64,000 nucleotides of DNA, taken from assembly GCA_045657945.1 (NCBI GenBank), contig JAZOUB010000041.1:43987-107986 (forward strand), read 5' to 3'. Numbering within the stretch: position 1 is the stretch's first letter; every line of letters begins with the position of its first letter. The DNA is from Bacteroidaceae bacterium (lineage in GTDB: Bacteria; Bacteroidota; Bacteroidia; Bacteroidales; Bacteroidaceae). A program made the position numbers and the translations under genes. Positions 41,596 to 51,091 of this stretch are shown piece after piece. The notes beneath the pieces are model-generated. The model was not told where the DNA came from, ran no database searches, and worked only from the letters and a program-made list of their open reading frames with translations.

Positions 41596-44500
41596 TTACT
41601 TGATAAACATCTTCTTGCCGTCGATGATGTAGATTCCCTTTGTTGGATTCTCTACCTTGCGGCCCTGCAAATCGTAGATAGCTTTTACCTTTCCGTTTTC
41701 ACCTTTCACCTCATCAAGCACCTCCTCAATGCCTGTCTCGCCATTGGTGTAGGTGTAGGTGATGTCAAGGTTCTTGCTCACATACGCAAGCTCGTCATAT
41801 ACGGCGTTGCTCTCCTTGAGTGTGTAACCCTCAAAGATTGGGGTGAGCATGGTGAACTGTTCACCGCCCTTTACATAACGTGTGCCGCTTGCCAGTTCGT
41901 TGCCCTCTTCATCGATACACTTGTATGCTACAGCAAAGTAGGGGTGTGGGTTGTAGGTGTAGATGATGAATGGGTGGCCGTCGTCCCAGCCTGTGAAGGT
42001 GTTGTTGGCGTTGCCGTTCCAGTAGTAGTTGTTGCTTGTGCCCTTTACGCTCCATGTGGCGCCGTCGCTGTTGAGGGTAAACTTGAAACGCTCGGGGGTG
42101 CTGCCACCGGTTACCAATGAACCGCGCAACAGCTGTGGAATATATACGCCATAGTTGTTTACAACGGTGAAGATGTTGTTCGCGCCCTCAAGGTTCCAGA
42201 TGAATCCCGGGTTTGCATCTGTCACTCCGTTGGTTGTTGTGATGCCGTCGCCAACGTTTGTGACGCTCAGGAATCCGCTGCGTGCAGTTTCGTTCTTTGC
42301 GTTATAAATAAGGTATGATGCACCATCCTGGAGCTCGGTAACAACCTCGCCGATTGATGCCGCACCCATGATACCCTCGGTTGTGAATACTGCTTCAATC
42401 ACGGTGTCCTCTGTCGGGGTGAAGGTTACTTCGCCGTCCCATACAAGGTTTACGAAATCAAAGAACTCTACCTGTGGTTCTGCAATGGTGTATGCCTCGC
42501 CAATGGTGCATGGAGTGTCAATCTCCTTGATGATGTTGCCGTCGGCTGTGATGCAACGGTAGGTCACATTGTAGGCTGTGCGCTTGTAGGTTACCTTTAT
42601 GTTCTTGTTCTCAGCGACATTGTCGAACACGGGAGCATCGGCTGTGCCGGTTGCCTCGTATGCCACAATGCCGTGGTTCTCAATTGCTGGAGCAACGGCT
42701 GTGTATGGCTTGCCGTCGGCTGCTGCCTGGTAGGCGGTCTGCATCAGGTTTCCATCCTCGTTGTAGCACTCGAATGTTACAAGGAATGCCTTCTCATAGA
42801 TCCAACCTGTTCCCTGTGGGTAGATACCGCCTTTGTTCAGGGTGTTTGGGTTGGTGGTTGCATGCTCCGAAACAGGATGCAATGCGTCGTTGCCGCTCTT
42901 GATGCTGAAGTCGCCGCTTCTTGTGTTGTATGCATTGGTGAGCACTGCACCGCTTGCGCCCAGTTTCACAGGTGCATTGGCGTTGCTGATGTAACGGCCT
43001 GTCGCTACGTTGCGTAGCTTGAATGTCTGGCCGGCATCGGTTACTGTGGCATCTGTGATTTCCCATACATCTGCGCCATACTGTAACTGTGCTGCGGTTA
43101 CATTTTCGTTGTTGTTGTCATACATTGTCCAACCCTTGAAACGCTCGGTGTTGTTCACAATGCGGTATGTTGTGCCCTCTACAGGGTATTCAAAGTCAAT
43201 GCTTGGTTCGTCGTCCACCAACGGGCGGAACTCCCATATGCCGCCGTTGCCGTCGGCCGGGTCACTCCACAGGTTTATTGAGTGGTTCTGTCCGGGGCCT
43301 GCATAGTTGAGACACATGTTGCCGTTCGATACCTTTTGGCTGCGTATGCTGTAGGTGTAGTTATTGCCTTTCTGTGCATAGGCCTTGTCACCGAGGATAA
43401 AATCATAGTGGCGGTTGTTCTCGTCATAGTCCCAACGGCCGGTGTTGTTCTCGGCTGTAGGTGTTCCCTTTACCGAACCGTTTGGTTTTGCCTTGTTCAC
43501 CAAAGCCCAACGCTGTGGGTTGGCTGGGTCCTGCATGAAAGCCCATAACTGCCAGTCGTAGCCTTCGTTGTTCTCATCTTCGATTACCTCGCTGTTCCAC
43601 AGGCGTCCGGCTGGTGCAGTGCCTGTCTTGTCGGTGATGTTCATACCTTCGCGCAGAAGCTGGATGCAACGTCCGGCACGTGTGTCGGTAGCTGTGGTAA
43701 CAATGCGGTACCATGTCTTCTCCTCATCGGTAGAGGCCTTTGGCATCACCTTGTCGTCGCCATTCTTGTTGTCGAGAATATAGTGGCGTCCATAGTCGTA
43801 GTTATTGTAGTTGAGCAAGAGAGTATCCTTTGTGATGCGCTCCTGGAAGTCGCTGAAGTTCTTCTTTGATGCGGGTGTCCAGCCTGTCTCGGCAATAGCG
43901 GTGAGGCGTGGCAGGGCAAGGTATTCGAGCAGGTCGTTGTCCTGTACGTGCTCGGTCCAGAATGTACCCTGTACACCAACGTAGTACTTGTGCAGGTTTG
44001 ATGGCACGCTTGATGGTATCGGCGCATAGTCATATACCACTTTCACGTTGTCTGTTCCATAACCAGCTACTGGTGGCTCGTCGGCATCGGTGCTCTGGCG
44101 GCGGTTGATGTAGTAGGGGACTTGTGTGGTGATGATTGACTTCATGCCATTCTGTGCCGCTTTCAAAGCACATGGCTGTGCGTTGCCAATCTCCCAGCAC
44201 ATCATTGTGCCGCCTGTACCCAAGATTTTCTCCTCGTCGGTACCGCCGGCGGTGAGGCTCTCGTTCCACATGATTACGGTGCGCTTCTTGTCGCCCTCCT
44301 TTGAGGTTACGTAGTCCGATACCTGGCGCACGAAGTGCGACTGCAACTGACGGTAGTTGGTGAATCCCATCTTCTGCATCATTGCCTGGCACTCGGCATT
44401 GCCCTGCCAAGCGTTTGTAGGTGTCTCGTCACCACCGATGTGAATCTGGCTGTAGGGGAATACCTCAATTACCTCGTCGAGCACATCCTTTGCAAACTGC

Positions 44501-45450
44501 AATACCAATGGGCTTGCAACGTTGAGCACATCGCTGAAGATACCGCCGCTTATCTGTACGCTGTGGCCGGCATTGGGGTTACAGCTGAGTTCGGGGTATG
44601 CTGCGTTCACGGCGCATGAGTGGCCGGGGAACTCAATCTCGGGTACCACCTCGATGTGACGCTCTGCTGCGTATGCTACAATCTCGCGGCACTGCTCCTG
44701 TGTGTAGAAGTATGGACCGTAAGGCTCATTGGTATAGTAACCGCCATATACGCGGTCGGTGCTCCATGAGTTGCTGCGTGTTGCACCGACAGTTGTCAGG
44801 CGTGGGTATTTCTTTACCTCGAAACGCCAGCCCTGGTCGTCGGTGAGGTGCCAGTGGAAGCGGTTGAGCTTGTAATATGACATCACATCAATAATGCGCT
44901 TGATCTCATCCAAATCAAAGAAGTGACGGCTCACATCGAGCATGAAACCGCGGTACTCAAAGCGCGGAGCATCGACAATGCTCACGATGGGGAGCGGGTA
45001 TTCGGTCACGGTCTCGTCCTTCACACCGGCCATGACATTGGCTGGGAGCATCTTCTTGATACTCTGGAATGCATAGTAGAAACCGTTTGAACAGGTAGCA
45101 CTGATTGCAATGCCGTCGGTTGTTATGTCAAGGGTGTAACCCTCGCAACCCAAGTTCTCGCTACCATTGTAGAGAGACATGGTTATGAGCGCGTCGGCAG
45201 CCTCGGCCTTTACATCGACAGTGTAGCCTGTAACGCCTGTAAAGTGATTTGCAAACTTTGTAGCCTCGTTGGAGAGACTGTCGGGCAACTCACCTGTTGC
45301 AATTGTGAAATTCTGTGGCAATACGAGCGTGCCGTTGCCAACAGTCATTTTCATTGGAACCGGTGTAAGGTTTACTCTGCTGTCGGCAAACATCGTCGCC
45401 GGGATAGCCAGGAGAACCAACAGTAAGAAACGTGTAAACAGGTTTTTCAT
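41596..45450 (-). CDS. GH20 beta-N-acetylhexosaminidase with C-terminal lectin-like modules and T9SS CTD (1284 aa)
   Basis: GH20 motifs RGFMLDVSRHFF, HWHLTDDQGWR, IHIGGDE. CTD is IYDLQGRKVENPTKGIYIIDGKKMFIK. Confidence 0.9.
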   Translation of the reverse strand: MKNLFTRFLLLVLLAIPATMFADSRVNLTPVPMKMTVGNGTLVLPQNFTIATGELPDSLSNEATKFANHFTGVTGYTVDVKAEAADALITMSLYNGSENLGCEGYTLDITTDGIAISATCSNGFYYAFQSIKKMLPANVMAGVKDETVTEYPLPIVSIVDAPRFEYRGFMLDVSRHFFDLDEIKRIIDVMSYYKLNRFHWHLTDDQGWRFEVKKYPRLTTVGATRSNSWSTDRVYGGYYTNEPYGPYFYTQEQCREIVAYAAERHIEVVPEIEFPGHSCAVNAAYPELSCNPNAGHSVQISGGIFSDVLNVASPLVLQFAKDVLDEVIEVFPYSQIHIGGDETPTNAWQGNAECQAMMQKMGFTNYRQLQSHFVRQVSDYVTSKEGDKKRTVIMWNESLTAGGTDEEKILGTGGTMMCWEIGNAQPCALKAAQNGMKSIITTQVPYYINRRQSTDADEPPVAGYGTDNVKVVYDYAPIPSSVPSNLHKYYVGVQGTFWTEHVQDNDLLEYLALPRLTAIAETGWTPASKKNFSDFQERITKDTLLLNYNNYDYGRHYILDNKNGDDKVMPKASTDEEKTWYRIVTTATDTRAGRCIQLLREGMNITDKTGTAPAGRLWNSEVIEDENNEGYDWQLWAFMQDPANPQRWALVNKAKPNGSVKGTPTAENNTGRWDYDENNRHYDFILGDKAYAQKGNNYTYSIRSQKVSNGNMCLNYAGPGQNHSINLWSDPADGNGGIWEFRPLVDDEPSIDFEYPVEGTTYRIVNNTERFKGWTMYDNNNENVTAAQLQYGADVWEITDATVTDAGQTFKLRNVATGRYISNANAPVKLGASGAVLTNAYNTRSGDFSIKSGNDALHPVSEHATTNPNTLNKGGIYPQGTGWIYEKAFLVTFECYNEDGNLMQTAYQAAADGKPYTAVAPAIENHGIVAYEATGTADAPVFDNVAENKNIKVTYKRTAYNVTYRCITADGNIIKEIDTPCTIGEAYTIAEPQVEFFDFVNLVWDGEVTFTPTEDTVIEAVFTTEGIMGAASIGEVVTELQDGASYLIYNAKNETARSGFLSVTNVGDGITTTNGVTDANPGFIWNLEGANNIFTVVNNYGVYIPQLLRGSLVTGGSTPERFKFTLNSDGATWSVKGTSNNYYWNGNANNTFTGWDDGHPFIIYTYNPHPYFAVAYKCIDEEGNELASGTRYVKGGEQFTMLTPIFEGYTLKESNAVYDELAYVSKNLDITYTYTNGETGIEEVLDEVKGENGKVKAIYDLQGRKVENPTKGIYIIDGKKMFIK

Positions 45451-45480
45451 GTTATTTATGGTTTAGTTAATATTTATTTG

Positions 45481-45526
45481 TTAAAAGGCCTAAAAGGGCA
45501 AAAAGGGCGAAAAGGGCGAAAAGGCA
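45481..45526. repeat. Phased AAAAGGG array, 5 units at exactly 9-bp spacing
   Basis: TTAAAAGG CCTAAAAGGG CAAAAAGGG CGAAAAGGG CGAAAAGG. The GG starts fall at 45487, 45496, 45505, 45514 and 45523. Confidence 0.7.
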
Positions 45527-45534
45527 TTCTCATC

Positions 45535-46206
45535 TTAACTCTCCTTGCTGATCTTCCCGTTTTCATCGTCATCCTCGGGGCGCAGCGTTGGCAGGCAAAT
45601 TTGGTATTTGACAGCCAAAGCACGGGTCAGGAACACTGTTGCACCACAGATGAGGTGCGTTGGGAATGTTGCAAGCCCTGTCCAATGGCATATAGCAAAA
45701 GCTATGCCACCCACGACACAGGCCATGGCATATATCTCCTTGCGGAAGATGAGCGGTTCTTCATTTATGAGCACATCGCGTATGACACCACCGGCGGCAC
45801 CGGTCATTGTACCCATTATGATTCCAACCCAGATTGTCTGTCCGCATGTCAATGACTTTTGGATACCAACTACGGTGAACAGCGCAAGGCCAATGGCGTC
45901 GAACACAAAGAATGTGTTGTGCATGTGTACAAGGTTCTTGCGAAAGATAATCACCCACAGTAATGCCAGGCCGGTACACAAAAGATATGTGCCGTTCTCC
46001 ATCCAGAAGACAGGTTGGTTCAGCATTAAATCGCGCAGTGTACCGCCGCCAATGGCTGTTGCTGCACCAACAACATAGGCTCCGAACCAGTCGAAACGTT
46101 TTGCCGATGCAAGTCGTATGCCGCTGATGGCAAAGGCGAATGTTCCTACAAAATCTATGATTTCAAGGAAGTTTATATCTTGAATCCAACTCATGTGTTG
46201 TTGCAT
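45535..46206 (-). CDS. Trimeric intracellular cation channel family protein (UPF0126/YadS-like)
   Basis: Duplicated glycine-rich motif (GTFAFAISGIRLA...GGGTLRD and GAAGGVIRD). The start is ambiguous between M at 46206 and M at 46194. Confidence 0.8.
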   Translation of the reverse strand: MQQHMSWIQDINFLEIIDFVGTFAFAISGIRLASAKRFDWFGAYVVGAATAIGGGTLRDLMLNQPVFWMENGTYLLCTGLALLWVIIFRKNLVHMHNTFFVFDAIGLALFTVVGIQKSLTCGQTIWVGIIMGTMTGAAGGVIRDVLINEEPLIFRKEIYAMACVVGGIAFAICHWTGLATFPTHLICGATVFLTRALAVKYQICLPTLRPEDDDENGKISKES

Positions 46207-46377
46207 TTCTACATTATATGTTGCGAAGATAGGAATAAAAAAGGGGTTTTGCATTTTTTTACTTGTAAAAAACATGCGATTGCTCTAAAAAAGTAGCCTT
46301 GAATTCAAAGTCTCGCACTTTCGCGTTGTTAAAAATAGCACTTTGCATTATATTTGCATTGGCGTAAAAGAATTTTC

Positions 46378-46926
46378 ATGATTAAAAGGCTCCTGATAAT
46401 AACATTGCTCGCTGTTTTCATGCCACTGCGCAGTGTGGCGCAGTATGCCCGTGCCGTGGATTATTCCACTGATGTGGCAATGTTTGTGCCTGCGGCAGTT
46501 GGTCTTGGCGTGGCCATATACGAGGGCGACAGGGAGGGTATTGCTCAGCTTGGCAAGACACTTGCCGTTTCAACGGCTGTGACATATATTCTCAAATACA
46601 GCGTAAAGAAGGCGCGTCCCGACGGCGATGGCTTCGATGCCTTTCCATCCAACCATTGTAACTTTGCCTTTGGCGGTGCCACGTTTCTTCAGCGCCGCTA
46701 TGGCTGGAAGTGGGGAGTTCCGGCCTATCTTGTCAGTGCCTATGTCGCCTGGGGTAGGATATATGCCAAGAAACATGACATCTGGGATGTGCTTGCCGGT
46801 GCTGCCATAAGCGTGGGCAGCGGTTTCCTCTTTACAACACCTTTTGCCAAGAAACACAATGTCCAACTCGCACCGATAATCACAAGCGAAGGTGGCTGCG
46901 GCGTATATTTCTCAATGACGCTGTAG
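46378..46926 (+). CDS. PAP2-family phosphatase
   Basis: Motifs KKARPDG, PSNH and GRIYAKKHDIWDVLAG. The ATG at 46378 (MIKRLLIITLL) is preferred to the TTG at 46354. Confidence 0.8.
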   Translation: MIKRLLIITLLAVFMPLRSVAQYARAVDYSTDVAMFVPAAVGLGVAIYEGDREGIAQLGKTLAVSTAVTYILKYSVKKARPDGDGFDAFPSNHCNFAFGGATFLQRRYGWKWGVPAYLVSAYVAWGRIYAKKHDIWDVLAGAAISVGSGFLFTTPFAKKHNVQLAPIITSEGGCGVYFSMTL

Positions 46927-47039
46927 CTGCTCCTTTTCTGCTATGCGGCAACCCACATCAATAAAAACTCAGGGACGTTGAACAAAAGTCCTTTTTTTTG
47001 TGTTTATCCTATGAATGGATTGAAATAAATTGATGTGAA

Positions 47040-47204
47040 ATGAGAAAAGAGTATTTTAAACCGCGGATGAAGGTTATGGAACTGGGGGCGGTCGATATGT
47101 TGGCTGCTTCAGCTCCCCGATATGAGTATCGGGGTTTTGGTCAGAACAAGAGTGATGATACCGGCGGCAGTGCTGATGAGTGGGGTAATCTCTGGAATAG
47201 ATAA
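47040..47204 (+). CDS. Small W(G/D)N(L/I)W-tail peptide, copy 3 (54 aa)
   Basis: Hand-translated, below the track cutoff: MRKEYFKPRMKVMELGAVDMLAASAPRYEYRGFGQNKSDDTGGSADEWGNLWNR*. Followed by its own terminator. Confidence 0.5.
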   Translation: MRKEYFKPRMKVMELGAVDMLAASAPRYEYRGFGQNKSDDTGGSADEWGNLWNR

Positions 47205-47221
47205 GTTTGACCGTTAACAAT

Positions 47222-47260
47222 AAAAAACCATTGGATGCGATTGCATTCAATGGTTTTTTT
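47222..47260 (+). terminator. Rho-independent terminator after small ORF 3
   Basis: AAAAAACCATTGGATGC-GATT-GCATTCAATGGTTTTTTT. Confidence 0.65.
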
Positions 47261-47298
47261 GTATCTTCGCCAAAAGTAACAAAAAGAACCAGTGAATT

Positions 47299-48279
47299 AT
47301 GATAAAGCAGGATTGGATAGAGAAGGGATACATCAATGAAGCAATCCCCGAAGGTGTTGACCTGAAAGCCGAGATACGCCGTTTGTGCGAGGAGAAAAAT
47401 GCAGTTGTGCTGGCGCACTATTATACCGATGGCACCATTCAGGATGTTGCTGATTTCGTTGGCGATAGCCTTGCCCTTGCGCAGATAGCCGAGAAGACAA
47501 CAGCTGACATACTGGTGATGTGCGGCGTGCACTTCATGGCCGAGACAAACAAGATTCTCTCGCCGGGCAAGAAGGTGCTCATCCCCGACTTGAACGCCGG
47601 CTGCTCGCTTGCCGAGAGCTGTCCTGCCGAGGAACTTGCAAAGTTCAAGACACTGCATCCCGGTCACAAGGTAGTAGCCTATGTGAACACATCGGCAGCC
47701 GTAAAGGCTCTGACCGACATAGTGGTTACATCTACCAACGCACGTGCCATTGTGGAGAGTTTCCCCAAGGACGAGAAAATCATCTTCGCCCCCGACAAGA
47801 ACTTGGGTGGTTACCTGAATGCTGTTACAGGACGCAATATGCTACTTTGGAACGGTGGTTGCCATGTCCATGAGCAGTTCTCAATAGAAAAAATCGTTGA
47901 GCTGAAGGCTGCTCATCCCGATGCAAAGGTTCTTGCTCACCCCGAGTGCAAGAGTGGTGTGCTTGCCCTTGCCGATTTCATAGGCTCAACAGCGGCAATC
48001 CTTACATTTGCCGAGAAGGACGATGCTACAGAGTTTATCGTGGCCACCGAGAGCGGTATCCTTCACGAGATGGTGAAGCGCTGCCCCGGAAAGGTATTCA
48101 TGCCTGTTCCCCCTTCAACCGGTTTATGCGCATGCAATGAGTGCGGATACATGCGCCTCAACACACTTGAGAAACTCTACAATACACTCAAGTACGAGTG
48201 GCCAACTGTTGAACTCGACGAGCAGTTGCGCGCAGAGGCGAAGAAACCTATTGTGAGAATGCTCGAACTTTCTAAATAA
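47299..48279 (+). CDS. nadA: Quinolinate synthase NadA
   Basis: 326 aa. Contains VVLAHYYT, VMCGVHFMAET and the conserved Cys ligands (NAGCSLA, GGCHVHEQF, CACNECGYM). Confidence 0.9.
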   Translation: MIKQDWIEKGYINEAIPEGVDLKAEIRRLCEEKNAVVLAHYYTDGTIQDVADFVGDSLALAQIAEKTTADILVMCGVHFMAETNKILSPGKKVLIPDLNAGCSLAESCPAEELAKFKTLHPGHKVVAYVNTSAAVKALTDIVVTSTNARAIVESFPKDEKIIFAPDKNLGGYLNAVTGRNMLLWNGGCHVHEQFSIEKIVELKAAHPDAKVLAHPECKSGVLALADFIGSTAAILTFAEKDDATEFIVATESGILHEMVKRCPGKVFMPVPPSTGLCACNECGYMRLNTLEKLYNTLKYEWPTVELDEQLRAEAKKPIVRMLELSK

Positions 48280-48289
48280 TGGCAATGCG

Positions 48290-48604
48290 GTGGGTGGGCT
48301 GCTGAACTATTCTATAGCTTTGCTGTTCGTGGCATTTGCCCTGTCTGTACTCTTGGGCAAGGCCGATTGGGTTATTGGAAAATACAAGCCTGTCCTCAAA
48401 GAGCACAGGCTTGTATTTGTCAAGTATCGCAGTTATGACCCACGGCGTGCACGACCATTATTTGCATTTCTTCTCTTCTTGTTGGCTGCTTTTATTGTGC
48501 TGGAATATCTGTTCCGCCCATTGCCGCTGTATTGCGCAGTCATACTGCTTGCGCTTGTGGTGCCCATAGCTGTGTATGTGGAAGTCCGTTGCCGTCTGAA
48601 GTGA
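48290..48604 (+). CDS. Hypothetical small membrane protein (104 aa, GTG start)
   Basis: Three predicted hydrophobic helices. There is no ATG in frame. No family recognised. Confidence 0.35.
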   Translation: MGGLLNYSIALLFVAFALSVLLGKADWVIGKYKPVLKEHRLVFVKYRSYDPRRARPLFAFLLFLLAAFIVLEYLFRPLPLYCAVILLALVVPIAVYVEVRCRLK

Positions 48605-48642
48605 GGCAGTTGAAACGTAAATTCAGAATACGGTTGTTACTT

Positions 48643-49539
48643 CTACTCTTTATTGCCGAATACCGAGAAGTGAACATAGCGCTTTGGATGCGCCTTCAAA
48701 TCCTCGAGCAATGATATTGCGGTGTTGCAGACATCGTTCAGCCTGCTGTACAACAGAGTGTCTTTCAGCAGCATGCCGGCGGTGCCTTCACCACTGTTCA
48801 GTGCAGCGGTAATCTGCTGCATGTTGTTGAGCGAAGTCTCAAGGCTGACAACCATCTCACTGAGGTTTATTTCGCTCAGTTGTGCCGACACTTTCAATAG
48901 GTCGTCTTCCAGCTGTATAAGTTTGTCGGTAGCTACAGGAATATCATTCTTTACAAGGTAACTTATCTGTGCCGATGTGGTGTTCAGCTGTGCTGTGAGT
49001 GACTCGATGTTGTTGAGTGTGTTGTTTATTGCCGGGTTGGACAATATGCTGTTCAGTGATGTCAGCACCGAATCTACCTTTGGTACAATGGCCTCAACCT
49101 GTGGTACAATGTTACCTACCTCGCCCAGTGCGCCTGCATCCAGCACGCCCTTGATTGTAGTTCCCGGTTTCAGTATCTTCTCGCTGTCGCCCAATACAAT
49201 GCTTATGGTGCTGCCACCCATCAGTTTATTGTGTATCTCAGCATAAGTCCCTTCGGGCAGTTCCAGTTCCTTGTCAATATCCACTGTCACATACACGCTC
49301 TTGCTCTTGTTGAAATTGTGCTCAATGCCGTTTACATTTCCAACCTTACAACCGTTGATATATACAGGTGCCGAGTTGGTTATTTCGCCAATGTTTGCAA
49401 ACTCAATGCGGTATTTGTGCGTGTCATTGAAGACATCAATACCTTTGAAGAAGTTGATGAGGTAATAGATGATGAGTATTGCGACAATGCCCAATACTCC
49501 TATCCATAGTTCACGCGAAAATCTCTTTATTCTGCTCAT
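48643..49539 (-). CDS. mlaD: MlaD/MCE-domain protein
   Basis: N-terminal anchor plus MCE domain (YRIEFANIGEITNSAPVYINGCKVGNV) and a C-terminal helical region. The start overlaps the amidase stop as TAATG. Confidence 0.8.
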   Translation of the reverse strand: MSRIKRFSRELWIGVLGIVAILIIYYLINFFKGIDVFNDTHKYRIEFANIGEITNSAPVYINGCKVGNVNGIEHNFNKSKSVYVTVDIDKELELPEGTYAEIHNKLMGGSTISIVLGDSEKILKPGTTIKGVLDAGALGEVGNIVPQVEAIVPKVDSVLTSLNSILSNPAINNTLNNIESLTAQLNTTSAQISYLVKNDIPVATDKLIQLEDDLLKVSAQLSEINLSEMVVSLETSLNNMQQITAALNSGEGTAGMLLKDTLLYSRLNDVCNTAISLLEDLKAHPKRYVHFSVFGNKE

Positions 49540-50672
49540 TATCTCTGCTTTTTAAACATTTCTATTGCCTCTTTGGTATTTATCTTCTTGCCATTGAGGA
49601 AAGCGATTATAAAGGAATCCTTGAACTTGTCGGCAATACTCTTCTTCAGTTTAAGAATCTCATTATAATCCTCGCTAACGCCGTATGTATATTTGTATAT
49701 GCCGTTCTCGACATAAAAATCGGTCTTCAATCCCTTGTGTCTCTTGTCGTCGCTCTTTAACTTGCTGCTCGAGGTCATTATCTGTATTTTGAAGATAGGT
49801 CTGTCACTCTCCTTTTCCGGCTTGGCGCTGCTTTCGCTCTCCACCTCGTTGTCAACTTCAATCCTTTTCTGCTCCTTGCTCTTGCCGTAGAGTTCATAAT
49901 ATTGTGCAAAACCATTAAAGATACCTTTTGCGAGTTTCTCCTGTCCCTCTTTCGATGCAATCAAGTTTTCGTCCTTGCTGTTGGTTATGAAGCCCAACTC
50001 TATAAGGATACTTGGCATTACAGTGCGGTGCAGCACAAGGAAACCTGCCGATGAAACACCGCGGTCATAGAGTTTGGTACTCTCGACCATGCCTCCCTGT
50101 ACCATTTCGGCAAGTTTTACGCTCAGTTCCATGTCGTGGCTGCGCATGAGCTCAAAGATTATGTAGCTCTCGCTTGAACGTGGGTCAAATCCTTTATAGG
50201 TCTCCTCAAAATTGTCCTCGGTCAGGATGACCTCGTTCTCGTACATTGCGGCAGCCTTTGCCTCGGCATCGCTGCCCGAACCTAATGTAAACGTCTGGCA
50301 TCCGTTGGCATTCTTGTTCTTGCTCGCATTCGAGTGAATTGAGATGAAGAGGTTTGCATTTTCCTTGTTTGCAATGTCAGCACGCTTGGCAAGCGGAATC
50401 TTAACATCGGTTGTGCGTGTGAAGATAACCTTGACCTCGGGATACTCCTTCTTTATGAGTTCTGCAAGCATTTCCGACACACTCTTGTTGATATTCTTCT
50501 CCTGCGACTTTTTGCCCAGTGCACCAGGGTCAACACCTCCGTGACCGGCATCTATTACCACTGTAAAGGGTTTCTTGCTCTGCTTCTGTTTCTGCGCCAT
50601 TGCCTGCGGCATGTAGGCGACGAGCAACAAAAGCCAGAGTGTGGTCTTTATGTAACAAATAATGTTTTTCAT
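49539..50672 (-). CDS. N-acetylmuramoyl-L-alanine amidase (Amidase_3) with C-terminal SPOR-like domain
   Basis: VVIDAGHGGVDPGALG...FISIHSNAS...E. The C-terminus IFKIQIMTSSSKLK...IIAFLNGKKI is SPOR-like. The internal ATG (MKNIICYIKTTLWLLLLVAY) was chosen. Confidence 0.85.
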   Translation of the reverse strand: MKNIICYIKTTLWLLLLVAYMPQAMAQKQKQSKKPFTVVIDAGHGGVDPGALGKKSQEKNINKSVSEMLAELIKKEYPEVKVIFTRTTDVKIPLAKRADIANKENANLFISIHSNASKNKNANGCQTFTLGSGSDAEAKAAAMYENEVILTEDNFEETYKGFDPRSSESYIIFELMRSHDMELSVKLAEMVQGGMVESTKLYDRGVSSAGFLVLHRTVMPSILIELGFITNSKDENLIASKEGQEKLAKGIFNGFAQYYELYGKSKEQKRIEVDNEVESESSAKPEKESDRPIFKIQIMTSSSKLKSDDKRHKGLKTDFYVENGIYKYTYGVSEDYNEILKLKKSIADKFKDSFIIAFLNGKKINTKEAIEMFKKQR

Positions 50673-51091
50673 ATAACAATTGGGGCATTGTATTGTTTCC
50701 CGTGGCTCCAGCCGGTACGGTAACAATATGACATGAAATCCTGTTCTTGTGAAATTTCTGCAAAAATAACCCTTTTATTACAAACGACAAGGCCGATTGA
50801 CGATATTTTCCCCTTTTTGGCGCTATGTGGCGTTGCACATGTTGCTGTTATTGATATTTTTTTGTATTTTCGCATGGTTTATAAGAAGCTGTTTAAAATT
50901 ATATCGCCAAGTTTTTTATAGAGCAAGAATAGAATGTTTATTTATTTTTAAAGGGCGCATAGCGGGCTATGTAACCGCAAAAAAGAAAGAAACAGGCATT
51001 ATTGAACATAAAAAACGGCGAAACTATCAGCTTCTTTAAGAAAATATTTTTTAGAATTTTAAACAGCTTCTAAAACAACGTTTGACGTAAA

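Noticed and set aside
45478-45855. 125-aa ORF starting MLKGLKGQKGRKGRKG.
   Set aside because: Its N-terminus is simply the translation of the AAAAGGG 9-bp array. The rest is antisense to the well-supported UPF0126/TRIC-family gene.
50733-51039. 62-aa and 80-aa ORFs in the amidase/malQ divergent intergenic region.
   Set aside because: They are AT-rich, low-complexity, Phe/Leu/Ile/Lys-rich translations that overlap each other, and no motifs are recognisable. This is probably promoter DNA for the two divergent genes.
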